The translations under genes and the position numbers were made by a program. From an uncultured delta proteobacterium (lineage in GTDB: Bacteria; Desulfobacterota; Desulfobulbia; Desulfobulbales; JAGXFP01): a stretch of DNA of 64,000 nt. The notes below the pieces were generated by a model. It saw only the letters and a program-made list of their open reading frames with translations. It was not told where the DNA came from and searched no databases. Positions 35,048 through 44,848 of the stretch are shown one piece after another (positions within the stretch are counted from its first letter, which is position 1; every line of letters starts with the position of its first letter). The stretch lies in NCBI GenBank assembly GCA_963807225.1, contig CAWEAD010000008.1:337763-401762 (forward strand), in the 5' to 3' direction.

Positions 35048-37690
35048 ATGGAAAAACAGATAAAAAAGGTCGGTAGTCCCAAAAGGCTAAAACCGCCTGT
35101 CCCCCGAAACTCCCTGAAAGATAAAGGTAAGTTGCTGTTTCCTATCGTCGGCATCGGCGCCTCCGCCGGAGGTTTGGAAGCACTGGAGCAATTCCTGCGG
35201 CAGGTTCCGGCAGGGAGCGGCATGGCCTTCGTCATCGTCCAGCACCTGGATCCTACCCACAAAGGGATCATGGACGAACTACTCCAGCGTAACACCGGGA
35301 TGAAGGTTTCGCAGGTGCGTGATCGGATGCGGGTAAAACCTGACTGTGTCTATGTGATCCCCCCCAACAAGGACATGTCCATTCTGCACGGGGTGCTGCA
35401 TCTGTTTGAGCCTACGGCGCCTCGCGGCCTGCGCCTGCCGATTGACTTTTTTCTCCGCTCCCTGGCCGAGGACCGCCAGGCGGCAAGCATCGGAGTCATC
35501 CTCTCCGGGATGGGTTCGGACGGGACCATCGGCTTGCGGGCCATCAAGGAAAAGGCTGGAGTGGTGCTGGTTCAAGATCCCGCCTCGGCCAAATTCGACA
35601 GTATGCCCAGGAGCGCCATTGCGGCCGGGCTCGCCGATATGGTGGCCCCGGCGGCTGATCTGCCCGCCAAGATCATCGACTATCTCCGCCACGCCAGAGT
35701 TGTTTCCAGAACTGAGTACATCCTGGAGGAGAAGGAAGTAAGCGGCCTGGAGAAAGTCCTCATTCTCTTGCGGAATCGGACCGGCCAGGATTTTTCGTTG
35801 TACAAGAAGAACACCGTCTATCGCCGAATCGAGCGGCGCATGAGCATTCACCAGATTGACACCATCGCCGCCTACGTCCGTTTTCTGCAGGAGAATCCCC
35901 AGGAGCTGGAGTTGCTTTTCAAGGAACTGCTGATCGGCGTCACCAACTTTTTTCGCGATCCGGCCGCCTGGGAGCAACTGCAGAAAGTGGTCATCCCCGA
36001 GCTCCTGACCGCCCGCCCGGGCGACAGGGTGCTGCGGGCCTGGTCGGTCGGCTGCTCGACCGGGGAAGAGGCCTATTCCCTGGCCATGGTCTTCAAGGAG
36101 GTGCTGGAGGAAGTCCAGCCCTCAGCATCATTCACCCTGCAGATCTTTGCCACCGATCTGGATGCGGACGCCATCGATAAGGCGCGCCAGGGTTTCTACC
36201 CCGACAACATCGCCGTGGATGTTTCCGCCAGCCGGCTGCGACGATTTTTTGTCCGGGAAGAAACCGGATACCGGGTCGGCAAGGAGATTCGGGAGATGGT
36301 GACCTTCGCCACCCAAAACCTGATCATGGACCCACCTTTTACCAAGCTGGATATCCTGATCTGCCGCAACTTGCTGATCTACCTGGCCCCGGAGCTGCAA
36401 AAAAAGCTTCTGCCACTTTTCCATTACAGTCTGAACCCCGGTGGCGTTTTGTTTCTAGGCAGTGCGGAGACCGCCAACGACTTCACGGATATTTTCAGCT
36501 CGCTGCACCTCAAGTCGAGACTCTATCGGCGACGCGAATCGATCTTGGCGGTTGAACCGCCAACCTTTCCCTACTCTTATGTCCCCAGCCGGTCGGGAGT
36601 CCCCAAGGAGTTAATAATGTCAAAACCTGCCGTCAATCTGCAGTCGCTGGCCGACCAGGTGCTGCTGCAGCACTTTTCTCCACCGGCCGTGCTGGTCAAC
36701 GATAAGGGGGATATCATTTATATCAGCGGCCGCACCGGCAAATATCTGGAGCCGGCGGCCGGCAAGGCCAACTGGAATATTTTTGCCATGATCCGGGAAG
36801 GGCTCAGTTTTGATCTGAGCAGTGCCTTTCAGAAAGCGCTGCGGAGCAAAAAACCGGTAATTGCCAGTGGGCAAAGGATCGGAGAAGGCGGCGTCACCCA
36901 GGATGTTGATATCACGGTCGAGGTGATTAATGAACCGGAGGCTCTGCGGGGGATGGTGATGATCGTATTTAACGACGTTGCGCATATCTCGGCAAAGAAA
37001 ACCTCAGGCCGTGCCAAGAAATCTACGTCCGGGAAGGACAGGAGCCTAGAATTAGAGCATGAACTCCAACAGGTCAAAGATTCACTGCATACCACCCGTG
37101 AGGAGATGCAATCTTCCCAGGAAGAGCTTAAATCCACCAATGAGGAGTTACAGTCAACCAACGAGGAGCTGCAGTCCGCCAACGAGGAGCTGACTACTTC
37201 AAGAGAGGAGATGCAGTCCATGAATGAGGAGCTGCAGACCTTGAACGCCGAGCAGCAATTCAAGATGGAAGAGTTGTCGCGGGTCAACGATGACATGCGA
37301 AATCTGCTTAACAGCACCGGCATAGTTACCATTTTTCTGGATAACCAGCTCCATGTCCTGCGTTTCACCAGCGGAGCGAATAAGCTTTTCAAGTTGATCC
37401 CGGCAGACGTGGGACGTCCCCTTTCCGATATTACCAGCGATCTGGTCTATCCCGGTTTGGCCGCAGAGGCGCGTGAGGTGCTGCGGACCCTGGTTTTTTC
37501 GGAAAAACAGGTCTCCACCATCGACGGCCGCTGGTTTTCGGTGCGGATCATGCCTTATCGCACCATGAATGATATGATCGCCGGGGTGGTGATCACCTTT
37601 TCCGATATCACCGAGACCAAGAAGTTGGAGGAGGAACTGCGCCGGGAGAATGCCGAACTGAAGAGCCAGCTAAAGGAAGTTGCCAAGTAA
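35048..37690 (+). CDS. CheB methylesterase - CheR methyltransferase - coiled coil - PAS fusion protein
   Basis: 880 aa. CheB-like IVGIGASAGGLEAL, CheR-like FFRD...VWSVGCSTGEEAYSLAM, heptad run EELKSTNEELQSTNEELQSANEEL, C-terminal PAS. Confidence 0.9.
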   Translation: MEKQIKKVGSPKRLKPPVPRNSLKDKGKLLFPIVGIGASAGGLEALEQFLRQVPAGSGMAFVIVQHLDPTHKGIMDELLQRNTGMKVSQVRDRMRVKPDCVYVIPPNKDMSILHGVLHLFEPTAPRGLRLPIDFFLRSLAEDRQAASIGVILSGMGSDGTIGLRAIKEKAGVVLVQDPASAKFDSMPRSAIAAGLADMVAPAADLPAKIIDYLRHARVVSRTEYILEEKEVSGLEKVLILLRNRTGQDFSLYKKNTVYRRIERRMSIHQIDTIAAYVRFLQENPQELELLFKELLIGVTNFFRDPAAWEQLQKVVIPELLTARPGDRVLRAWSVGCSTGEEAYSLAMVFKEVLEEVQPSASFTLQIFATDLDADAIDKARQGFYPDNIAVDVSASRLRRFFVREETGYRVGKEIREMVTFATQNLIMDPPFTKLDILICRNLLIYLAPELQKKLLPLFHYSLNPGGVLFLGSAETANDFTDIFSSLHLKSRLYRRRESILAVEPPTFPYSYVPSRSGVPKELIMSKPAVNLQSLADQVLLQHFSPPAVLVNDKGDIIYISGRTGKYLEPAAGKANWNIFAMIREGLSFDLSSAFQKALRSKKPVIASGQRIGEGGVTQDVDITVEVINEPEALRGMVMIVFNDVAHISAKKTSGRAKKSTSGKDRSLELEHELQQVKDSLHTTREEMQSSQEELKSTNEELQSTNEELQSANEELTTSREEMQSMNEELQTLNAEQQFKMEELSRVNDDMRNLLNSTGIVTIFLDNQLHVLRFTSGANKLFKLIPADVGRPLSDITSDLVYPGLAAEAREVLRTLVFSEKQVSTIDGRWFSVRIMPYRTMNDMIAGVVITFSDITETKKLEEELRRENAELKSQLKEVAK

Positions 37691-37760
37691 GTGAGGGCGG
37701 GGATTAAAACCACTAAAGACTGAAAAGCGACAGAGGCGGCCGAACTTCGCCGGCCCGCTT

Positions 37761-37890
37761 AACATCCTGATGGTGTTTGGAGAAACTGGTGGCTGAATCG
37801 AGGGAAAAAACGGAGCGGCAGTGCTCCTGGGTTTCAAGCTCCAACATCCTTCATGCCCGGATGTGCAAACTCGGCATCCGCCGGCAATAA
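37761..37890 (+). pseudogene. remnant of the C-terminal Fis-type HTH of a sigma-54 activator paralog
   Basis: Reads NILMVFGETGG*IEGKNGAAVLLGFK then, after a frameshift, SSNILHARMCKLGIRRQ*. Compare HILVVLGETGGRIEGKNGAAILLGLNPSTLRARMRKLGIQRN at the end of the 40085-41632 gene. In-frame TGA at 37794-37796; no upstream AAA+ domain. Confidence 0.55.
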
Positions 37891-38112
37891 GCGCCTCGCT
37901 GCCGACCTCGTATAAATGATTACATCTCTTCGGAAGATTTGTCGGCTCCGGTTTCGGCTCCCAGGGTCCCAAGTGGGGATAAATTAAAAGTATCTTGAGT
38001 TGCGCCGATCAACTGATCGCCAAAGATTCATAATCTGTGGGCCGTCTCCGGTAATCTGCGGAGTTTTGGTATCGGAGGGCCGGCAATCTGAACAATAATA
38101 TCTAGGTGAGTA

Positions 38113-39912
38113 ATGGGTAGTAAAAAAGACAAGAACCTCTCGGCGGCATCCACTATGCGTAGTCAAGCGGAACAGCGGCTGCATGATCGGGCCTTGGAAC
38201 AGCTGCCGCTGAAGACGGAGGATGAGAGGCAAAGGCTTTTTCATGAACTGCAGGTCCACCAGATCGAACTGGAGATGCAAAATGATGAGCTGCGCCGAGC
38301 CCAGGAAGAGTTGGAATTTTCAAGGGATAAGTATCTCGAACTCTATGACTTTGCGCCAGTCGGGTATTTCACTTTTGATGGTGCCGGAGTGATCCGGGAA
38401 GTAAATCTTACCGGGGCGCAACTGCTGGGTATAGAAAGGAGAATGCTGGTCGATAAACCCTTCAGCCGTTTCATTGCCGTGGCGGATGAGAGGGCGATTT
38501 TCGCCGGGCACCTCGAAAGTGTTACACAAAAACAGGGATTGCAGAGGTGCGAACTCAGGCTTCGCGGAAAAGACGGCAGCTTTATCCACGGCCAGCTTCA
38601 GAGCATCGCGGTGGCCAATCCCGAAAGCAATAACGGTTGTATCCTTTCCTCAATCATTGATGCCACGGGGGCCAAGCAGTCGGAAGAGGCGCTGCAGGAG
38701 AAAAACCTTGAGCTGGAGGACGCTTGGCGGGTGGCGGAAAAAGCCAATCATGCCAAATCGGAGTTTCTCTCCGGCGTGAGCCACGAGTTGCGTTCGCCGC
38801 TCAATGCGATCCTCGGTTTCGCTCAATTATTGGAAAAGGGTTTGCCGCCGCCGTCGCCCAAGCAAAAGTCCAGCATCGAGCAGATTATCAAAGCGGGGTG
38901 GTATCTGCTGAAACTGATTAACGAAATTCTCGATCTGGCCCTGATCGACTCGGGCAGGTTGTCTCTCTCGATAGAGCCCATGGCGCTGGACGAAGTTATT
39001 CGCGAATGTCAGGCAATGGTCGAACCACTAGCGCAAAAAAACGGGATCAGCATTAGTTTCCCCCAATTCGAGACCCCATATTTTGTTTACGCCGATCGAA
39101 CCAGGGTTAAACAGGTGCTGATCAACCTGTTTTCCAATGCCATCAAATACAACAGCGCCAACGGCATGGTTGAAGTGACTTGCCGAGCAAATGCTCCGGG
39201 GCGGATACGCATCGGCGTGCAGGATACCGGCGGCGGATTATCTGCCGAGCAAATCGCTCAGCTTTTCCAGCCTTTCAATCGTCTAGGCCGGGAGATTCGC
39301 TTGGAGGAAGGTACCGGTATCGGCCTGGTGGTGACCAAACGACTGGTCGAAATGATGGACGGCATCATCGGCGTGGAAAGTTCGGTCGGGGTGGGCACCG
39401 TGTTCTGGATCGAACTGAATCTGGCGGATGAACCGGAAATTTCCATCGTTGATCCCGAAACCTTGGAGTCATTTGAGGCTGAACAAAACCAGGGGAGAGC
39501 GTTGCGTCTCCTGCTCTATATCGAAGACAATCAGGCCAACATGCAGTTGGTAGAGCAACTGATCGGGCTTCGTTCCGATTTGCGGCTGTTGGGCGCGACG
39601 GATGGTCCGCAAGGTCTGGCGTTGGCAAAGACCCATCTGCCGGAGGTGATCTTGATGGACATCAACCTGCCCGGCATCAGCGGCGACCAGGTGCTGAAAA
39701 TCCTGCGGGAAGATTCCGCTACCTCGCATATCCCGGTAATTGCCATCAGCGCCAATGCCATGCCGCACGATATTGAGAGAAGTTTGGGAGCGGGATTCTT
39801 CCATTATCTCACCAAGCCGATCAAGATCAACGAGTTCATGGAGACTTTGGACGTGGCGCTGAAATACGCCGAAACCCATGCGGCTTTGGTCGCTAAAAAG
39901 ATTAATCACTAG
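38113..39912 (+). CDS. PAS-domain hybrid sensor histidine kinase with a receiver
   Basis: 599 aa. H-box SHELRSPLNAILGF, GTGIGLVVTKRLV, receiver YIEDNQANM...MDINLPGISG. Clear paralog of the 27795-30401 kinase core. Confidence 0.9.
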   Translation: MGSKKDKNLSAASTMRSQAEQRLHDRALEQLPLKTEDERQRLFHELQVHQIELEMQNDELRRAQEELEFSRDKYLELYDFAPVGYFTFDGAGVIREVNLTGAQLLGIERRMLVDKPFSRFIAVADERAIFAGHLESVTQKQGLQRCELRLRGKDGSFIHGQLQSIAVANPESNNGCILSSIIDATGAKQSEEALQEKNLELEDAWRVAEKANHAKSEFLSGVSHELRSPLNAILGFAQLLEKGLPPPSPKQKSSIEQIIKAGWYLLKLINEILDLALIDSGRLSLSIEPMALDEVIRECQAMVEPLAQKNGISISFPQFETPYFVYADRTRVKQVLINLFSNAIKYNSANGMVEVTCRANAPGRIRIGVQDTGGGLSAEQIAQLFQPFNRLGREIRLEEGTGIGLVVTKRLVEMMDGIIGVESSVGVGTVFWIELNLADEPEISIVDPETLESFEAEQNQGRALRLLLYIEDNQANMQLVEQLIGLRSDLRLLGATDGPQGLALAKTHLPEVILMDINLPGISGDQVLKILREDSATSHIPVIAISANAMPHDIERSLGAGFFHYLTKPIKINEFMETLDVALKYAETHAALVAKKINH

Positions 39913-40084
39913 GGCTGCGGGTTGAGGAATGAAGGCTATAGCCAGTTCAGGCACGCCCAGCAAACAGGCCACGGTATCGCCCTGGGCTGACAATTTTTTT
40001 CGGTTGATTTAACTTGATTGAAAACTTGTACTACACCACTAAGCCTGAACAACGTGATTGTTATTTGAAGAGGAAGAAAAAATT

Positions 40085-41632
40085 ATGATTACCGATGCCG
40101 ATATTTTCAAGGCCAGCATCCTGATTGTTGACGACATGGAGGCCAATGTCCTCCTGCTCGAGCAATTGCTGGAAGACGCCGGTTACACCGGAGTAGCCTC
40201 AACGAAGAATCCGCGGGAAGTCGGCGCGCTGCATCGCAAAAACCATTATGATCTGATCTTGCTTGACCTGCAGATGCCAGGCATGGATGGGTTCCAGGTG
40301 ATGGAAGAACTCAAGGCCAACGATATGGACGACTATCTTCCGGTCCTGGTGATCACCGCCCAGCCGGACCACAAGCTGCGTGCCCTGCAGGCCGGCGCCA
40401 AAGACTTCATCGGTAAACCGTTCGATCTGCTCGAGGTCAAGACCCGGATCCACAACCTGCTGGAAGTGCGACTGCTGTATAAACAACTCGGGAATTACAG
40501 CAAGGAGCTGGAAGAGACGGTGCAGAAAAAGACCGGGGATCTGCGCCAGGCGAATATGCAACTCACCCAGGAAGTCGGCGAACGCAAGAAGGCCGAGGAG
40601 TCGCTGCAAAGTAGCTATAAGGAAATAAAACAGCTGAAAGACCGGCTCCAGGCCGAGAACATCTATCTGCAGCAGGAGGTGGCCCGGCAGCACAACTTCG
40701 GTGAGGTCATCGGCCAAAGCAAAGCCCTCTCGCAGGTTTTCATGCAGGTCGAGCAGGTGGCGCCCATGAATGCGACTGTTCTTCTCCTTGGCGAAACCGG
40801 CAGTGGCAAGGGATTGATCGCCCGCGCCATTCATAGTCGCAGTGCCCGGAAAGAGCGGGCAATGATCACCATCAACTGCACCTCGCTACCGGCGAATCTC
40901 ATCGAAAGTGAGCTTTTCGGGCGGGAGAAGGGCGCCTTCACCGGCTCTGACGCCCGGCAGATCGGGCGTTTCGAACTGGCCGACGGCGGCACTATCTTTC
41001 TCGATGAAATCGGCGAGATGCCTTTGGAGCTGCAGGCCAAACTGCTCCGGGTTATTCAGGACGGCGAATTCGAGCGACTGGGCAACCCGCGCACCATTAA
41101 GATCGATGTCCGGATCATCGCGGCCAGCAACCGCAATCTTGAGGAGGAAATCAATAAAGGCAGGTTCCGGGAGGACCTGTTCTATCGGCTCAATGTTTTC
41201 CCCATCACGGTTCCGCCCCTGCGCCAGCGCAAGGACGATATCCCACTGCTGGTCAATCATTTCCTGGCCAAATTCAACAAGAAAATGGACAAGAAGATAG
41301 CGCAGGTCTCAAAAGAGACCATGGATCTTCTGCAGGGGTACGGTTGGCCCGGTAACGTGCGGGAGTTGGAAAATGTCCTGGAGCGGGCTGTAATCATCAG
41401 CCAGGGCAACACCTTGCAGGTATTAGATCGGTTCGAAGGCTGCCGGCAGCAAGTGCAAACGGCGGGACAGAAAGTCAAATCCATCGCCGAGTTGGAGCAT
41501 GACCATATCCTGGTGGTGCTTGGGGAAACCGGGGGTCGAATCGAAGGGAAAAACGGCGCGGCGATCCTACTTGGTCTCAACCCCAGCACCCTTCGCGCCC
41601 GGATGCGCAAACTTGGGATCCAGCGGAACTAA
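40085..41632 (+). CDS. sigma-54-dependent response regulator (receiver - coiled coil - AAA+ - Fis HTH)
   Basis: Receiver ILIVDDMEAN...LLDLQMPGMDG, Walker A GETGSGKG, GAFTGS, ELFGREKGAFTG, C-terminal HTH. ATG 40085 is preferred over the ORF-track 40058. Confidence 0.92.
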   Translation: MITDADIFKASILIVDDMEANVLLLEQLLEDAGYTGVASTKNPREVGALHRKNHYDLILLDLQMPGMDGFQVMEELKANDMDDYLPVLVITAQPDHKLRALQAGAKDFIGKPFDLLEVKTRIHNLLEVRLLYKQLGNYSKELEETVQKKTGDLRQANMQLTQEVGERKKAEESLQSSYKEIKQLKDRLQAENIYLQQEVARQHNFGEVIGQSKALSQVFMQVEQVAPMNATVLLLGETGSGKGLIARAIHSRSARKERAMITINCTSLPANLIESELFGREKGAFTGSDARQIGRFELADGGTIFLDEIGEMPLELQAKLLRVIQDGEFERLGNPRTIKIDVRIIAASNRNLEEEINKGRFREDLFYRLNVFPITVPPLRQRKDDIPLLVNHFLAKFNKKMDKKIAQVSKETMDLLQGYGWPGNVRELENVLERAVIISQGNTLQVLDRFEGCRQQVQTAGQKVKSIAELEHDHILVVLGETGGRIEGKNGAAILLGLNPSTLRARMRKLGIQRN

Positions 41633-42263
41633 TAGGATGGAATTAAGTTATTATTTCACCGGCCAGGCTGAAATAATGTCGCGCTTCAAGCCGGAGTCCG
41701 CACCAAGAAACGCAGCCTTTCTTGGTCTAATGGTGCCACAAAAGGGACCTTCGCCATGTTCCGGTGAAGGGGATGAGATTTCAACCGCCGACTTTATGAA
41801 CTTACTTTAAGGCGTATGCCACCTGGCAAATTCGACCTGGACTATAACCTACTGCTTGAACCTGCCGGTCTGGCCGGACTTTCGATTCACTAAAGAAAAA
41901 CCATAAAGATAAACCATCCGTTCCAACACCGTTGTTGTTTAGTCCGCAGATTTTCTGCTTTGACCTCTGGTATTTACCTGCCGGAATGTTGTAAATTTAA
42001 AATTCCTATATTTTTTCTTGACAGAATTGCGGCGGAGGTTTACCCATACAGTACCACTGTGTGGTATCGGGCTGATTGCAGGTGCCTGTCGTTATCATGA
42101 CGGATGATGAATTTTTTACCCAAGGTAGACTCTGTTGTAGAACGGTTTCAACTGTGCGTTTGGGTGATGAGGATCCGGAGTGAACGATGCAGGCGAAGCA
42201 ACCATAAACGGTAATTTTGGGGAATTACCGGAGTCAAGACCAACAAACAGATCGGAGAGGAAA

Positions 42264-43370
42264 ATGAAGCAGAAAATCAGTAAAATGGCGCTGTCCCTGG
42301 CTGTACTGTCCACAACCATGTTCATCGGTTCGGCGGTCATGGCCGACGAGGCCAAAGTTGCCGCACCTGCGATGGAGAAGTCACCTTCCATAGAAGTCAA
42401 GTTCGGCCCCACCTTTAACGCCGTTGCTTACATCGCCGGCCATGGTGGCCACCTGGCCATCATCGACCTGCGCACCCTTCGGGAGCCGACCGATGCCGAT
42501 AAGGATCGTATCGTGCTGACCGAGGCCGGTTCCGAAATGGAAGGCATCATCGCCGGCATGAGTTTCGAGCAGATCAAAAAGTCCGGTGGTAGCCACGGAC
42601 AGGCCCTGACCAAGGAAGGCGGAAAGAAGTATCTGATTGCCGGCACCCTGGCAGGTGACGTCTATAAGGTCGATCTGGCCACCGGCAAGAAGGAAGGCCC
42701 GATCAAGGTCGGCGAAAAATTCTGCGGCGCCGTCACCGGTCCGGACGGCAATGTCTATTTCGAAGACATGGCCGACGGTAAAGTCTACGTTTTCGACCCG
42801 GTCAAGTTGAAGACCGTCGATGCGATGCCGGTAGGCAATGCCGTCTGCGGCATCCAGTGGACCAAGAACAACAAGAAGGCATATATCACCGACATGCCCA
42901 CCGGCACCGTCTATGTCTATGACTGGATCACCAAGAAGAAGATCAAGGAGATCACCAGCCCCGAGATGACCTTCATCCACCAGGCCCGGATGACTCCGGA
43001 CGGCAAGGAACTGTGGGTCAGCGCGCCCAACGAGTTCGATCCCGGCCTGAAGCCCGGCACCCATCGCAGCCAGGTCGTCATCATCGACACCGCCACAGAT
43101 ACGATCAAGGAGCGGGTCTTAATGCCGAACGATATTCGGCCCCACGATTTCGCTTTCACCGCCGATGGCAAGTACGCTTTTCTTTCCTCCCGTACTTACG
43201 GCGTCGACAGCGAGCTTAACATCATGGAGCGCGCCAGCTTCACCATCGTTCATTCCGTTTCGGCCTGCTATAGCTGCCACAGGGCCAACGACATTGAGGT
43301 CGAAATGGACAACGCTTCACCGCTGCTCTGCGGTATCGAGGTCGATTGGAACCCCAATCCCCGCATGTAA
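42264..43370 (+). CDS. secreted beta-propeller (YVTN/cytochrome-d1-like repeat) protein with a C-terminal CXXCH motif
   Basis: Signal peptide MKQKISKMALSLAVLSTTMFIGSAVMA after a GGAGAGG RBS. Repeated ...DG.VYV.D... blades. CYSCH near the C-terminus. The ORF-track start at 42180 is probably too early. Confidence 0.75.
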   Translation: MKQKISKMALSLAVLSTTMFIGSAVMADEAKVAAPAMEKSPSIEVKFGPTFNAVAYIAGHGGHLAIIDLRTLREPTDADKDRIVLTEAGSEMEGIIAGMSFEQIKKSGGSHGQALTKEGGKKYLIAGTLAGDVYKVDLATGKKEGPIKVGEKFCGAVTGPDGNVYFEDMADGKVYVFDPVKLKTVDAMPVGNAVCGIQWTKNNKKAYITDMPTGTVYVYDWITKKKIKEITSPEMTFIHQARMTPDGKELWVSAPNEFDPGLKPGTHRSQVVIIDTATDTIKERVLMPNDIRPHDFAFTADGKYAFLSSRTYGVDSELNIMERASFTIVHSVSACYSCHRANDIEVEMDNASPLLCGIEVDWNPNPRM

Positions 43371-43402
43371 CGGTGTTTGATTAGTCCCAGAAATGTCTTA
43401 CA

Positions 43403-43433
43403 GGGGCCGGGGAAACCCGGCCCCTTCTTTTTT
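43403..43433 (+). terminator. rho-independent terminator
   Basis: GGGGCCGGG-GAAA-CCCGGCCCC (9 bp) followed by TTCTTTTTT. Confidence 0.85.
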
Positions 43434-43606
43434 GGGGTTGAGCCTACCGCCGGACCGACGCTTGCATTCCCGTGACAATTGTCGTAGGTTATTTTTTTTA
43501 TCCTTGGATCGGCCGCGGCCTGGCAGTTGAGTCTCAAGCCGCTGCCAGGTAAGTCTTTTGCTTGACGAATGGGCCGGGTTCTTCCGGTCGGGAAAAACCG
43601 GATACT

Positions 43607-44812
43607 ATGAAACGATTGAATCTCTTTAAACTGGCGATCAGTAATCTGCGGCGCAAACTGATCAGGACGGTTTTGTTACTGCTGGTTGCGGCCCTGGTTT
43701 CCGGGACCCTGCTCAGCGCCACGGTTTTTATCTTCGGGATGCAGAATGCTCTGAAGATCGGTACCTATCGCCTGGGCGCCGATGTGCTGGTAGTCCCGGC
43801 CGCCAATGAGGAACAGGCCCGCACCGCACTGCTGGCCGGCAAGCCGACCAGCTTTTACATGAACCGCTCGGTTCTGGATAAGATCAAAAAGGTTGAAGGG
43901 GTGCAGGTCGCCTCGCCTCAACTCTTCATCCAGCCCTCTTCCTTTACCTGCTGCTACAGTGTCGATGTCTTTCTGGTTGCCATCGATCCGGCCACCGACT
44001 TCACCGTCATGCCCTGGATCAGAAAAAGCGACCGCCAGTCCCTGACCGGCAATCAGGTAATCTCCGGTCGGCTGTTGCCGATCATGCCGGGTTCGGTGCT
44101 GCCCTTCTTCGGCACTCTTTTCAAGGTTGTGGGCGTCATGGATCCCACCGGCATGAAGTTTTTCGACCAATCGATCTTCATGACCATGGATGCCGCCTAC
44201 AAGATGGCCGATGATTCGGCTACCAAGGCGATCGAGCCCATTCACATCGATCGTGACAAGATTTCGGCGGTAATGGTCAAGACCGACGGGACGATCTCTC
44301 CGGACCGGGTGGCGTTGCGGATCATGCATGCGGTCGACGGCGTGACGGCGATTGCCTCGGACGAAGTGGTCAATACCGTGCGGAACCAGCTCTCCGGCCT
44401 CTTGACCGGCATTGTCGCTGTCAGCGGGGTGTTGTGGGCCATGTGTCTGTTCATGATCGGATTCGCCTTTTATATGATCGTCAACGAGAGACAGCGGGAA
44501 CTGGGAATGCTCCGGGCCATGGGCGCCAAGAAAAAGCAAGTCTTCCGCCTGATCGTTCTGGAGGCGGTGATCATTACCCTGGTCGGTGGCCTGATCGGAA
44601 TCGGCTTCGGCTTCGGACTGCTTTTCTCCCTGGCCGACGTGATCCGCGCCAGTCTGCAGTTGCCATACCTAATGCCCTCGGCTTCGGTGGTGCAGGAACT
44701 GGTGGCGGCCTCGGTGCTCTTCTCGGTCTTTACCGGCCTGGTTTCGGCGCTTTTGCCGGCCTTCCTGGCCAGCCGTCTGGAACCGTACGAGGCAATTCGT
44801 AAAGGGGAATGA
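43607..44812 (+). CDS. ABC transporter permease, FtsX/MacB/LolC type
   Basis: TM1, a large periplasmic domain, then three C-terminal TM helices (FtsX-like). The ORF opens at TTG 43562; ATG 43607 (MKRLNLFKLAISNLRRK) fits the family N-terminus. Confidence 0.85.
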   Translation: MKRLNLFKLAISNLRRKLIRTVLLLLVAALVSGTLLSATVFIFGMQNALKIGTYRLGADVLVVPAANEEQARTALLAGKPTSFYMNRSVLDKIKKVEGVQVASPQLFIQPSSFTCCYSVDVFLVAIDPATDFTVMPWIRKSDRQSLTGNQVISGRLLPIMPGSVLPFFGTLFKVVGVMDPTGMKFFDQSIFMTMDAAYKMADDSATKAIEPIHIDRDKISAVMVKTDGTISPDRVALRIMHAVDGVTAIASDEVVNTVRNQLSGLLTGIVAVSGVLWAMCLFMIGFAFYMIVNERQRELGMLRAMGAKKKQVFRLIVLEAVIITLVGGLIGIGFGFGLLFSLADVIRASLQLPYLMPSASVVQELVAASVLFSVFTGLVSALLPAFLASRLEPYEAIRKGE

Positions 44813-44848
44813 GTGGTGTCCGTTTTCCTTTTCATCCTGGGTGACTAA

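Noticed and set aside
37794-37796. In-frame TGA inside the regulator remnant as a possible selenocysteine codon.
   Set aside because: The paralog has Arg (CGA) at this position, the fragment also carries a frameshift and lacks an N-terminus, and there is no redox motif. It is a nonsense mutation in a pseudogene.
41633-42263. Sigma-54 promoter (-24 GG / -12 GC) upstream of the beta-propeller gene, for example TGGTATCGGGCTGATTGCA and TGGTATTTACCTGCC.
   Set aside because: The spacing between the GG and GC elements is off by +3 and -1 nt respectively. Sigma-54 promoters require exact spacing.
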